Assembly: GCF_030144855.1 (NCBI RefSeq)
Contig: NC_082718.1
Span: 47,616,001 to 47,680,000 of the forward strand
Length of the DNA: 64,000 bases
Source: Hypanus sabinus
Lineage: Eukaryota
Direction of reading: 5' to 3'
Part shown: positions 63,231-64,000 of the stretch, one piece after another
Layout of the letters: each line of letters begins with the position of its first letter
Position numbering within the stretch: position 1 is the stretch's first letter
The notes under the pieces: generated by a model
Told to the model about the DNA's origin: nothing
Database searches by the model: none
The model's input: the letters and a program-made list of their open reading frames with translations, nothing else
Program-made: the position numbers and the translations under genes

Positions 63231-64000
63231 ACAATTCTAGCACACATTTCCTGCAGTGGTGGTAGCTGTAAAAAACACTGACACAGCAGAAGGCGTAAAA
63301 TAGCCGTGAAAGTATCTTAATTCAATATTCAACTGTCTCTGAAATTTTAAAATAGTATTATAATACTCAAAAATATGACACTAATATATATGTGGAATTG
63401 AGGTATTGAAAGTGGGGTGTGAATGTTAGCAGCTGGAAATTTAAATCTGGGTAATGGATACATCCTGTCAGATTAACAGTAGGGTTTTGTTTGACCATTT
63501 TGTTATTTTACTGGATGACGGTCAGTCAAATTGAGTGGACAACTGGTGAAAGGATACATTCAAGGGGCAGAGAGGAGAGAGTGGAGCCCTTGGATAAGGG
63601 AGACAAATTTGAGAACACAGGGACCAGCAATGGGGTTCAGATTATGGGGTAGTCACTGGTGTGTGGGCTAGAGCTAGTTTTATGGCATGTTCATTTGGAG
63701 GGGACTTCTTGTTTTTGTTCCTTGTGTTTACAAGAAGTGCTGGAGTGGCAGTTAACAGCTGCATTCTCTCTTTCTTATGTGGTTGGGAGGCCAGCTGATA
63801 TTATTTGACCATTTTGTTTAAAGTTATAGCTCCATTAATAATTTTAAATGCTTTACAGCAGAATTGTGGCAACTACTTCCCAACCCATCCCTCTGAGTGG
63901 TTTTCAGATTTTTGACATTTTAGTCCCTCCCTTGGTTCTATGGTTCCTGAGAAAATGCCAGAGGATGGGAAGGGATGAGCAGAACAGGGAGTTTCGAGGA

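Noticed and set aside
1-64000. CRISPR array, prokaryotic operon or defence system
   Set aside because: No regularly spaced direct repeats and no gene-dense coding. The content is vertebrate transposon debris.

Overview
Repeat-dense vertebrate DNA, most likely from a cartilaginous fish (shark or ray). This is inferred from the combination of HER1/CR1-type LINE 3' ends, HE1-like V-SINEs and Penelope GIY-YIG tails. The window looks intronic or intergenic, and I cannot recognise an intact host protein-coding gene. The recognisable long ORFs are retroelement fragments: CR1 RT, Gypsy chromo-integrase, Penelope GIY-YIG, Rex1/Babar and Tc1; a further R2-Hero fragment is not in the ORF track. A few weak candidate exons are listed at low confidence. 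There is a 141-N gap at 24286-24426. The most notable signals are: (1) two sequence-unrelated families of ~235-bp palindromic Penelope-derived mini-insertions with minimal hammerhead-ribozyme cores, an asymmetric tail and 9-13 bp TSDs; (2) a Penelope cluster at 54.3-57.7 kb with clear TSDs; (3) a perfect 34-bp inverted repeat in otherwise unclassified sequence at 61879-62344; (4) a twin-priming-like 5'-inverted CR1 mini-insertion; (5) three LTR families, including a chromovirus fragment with its matching solo LTR; (6) a Tigger4/Zombi-like element inside a four-level nest. Family names come from motif recognition by eye, not from database searches.
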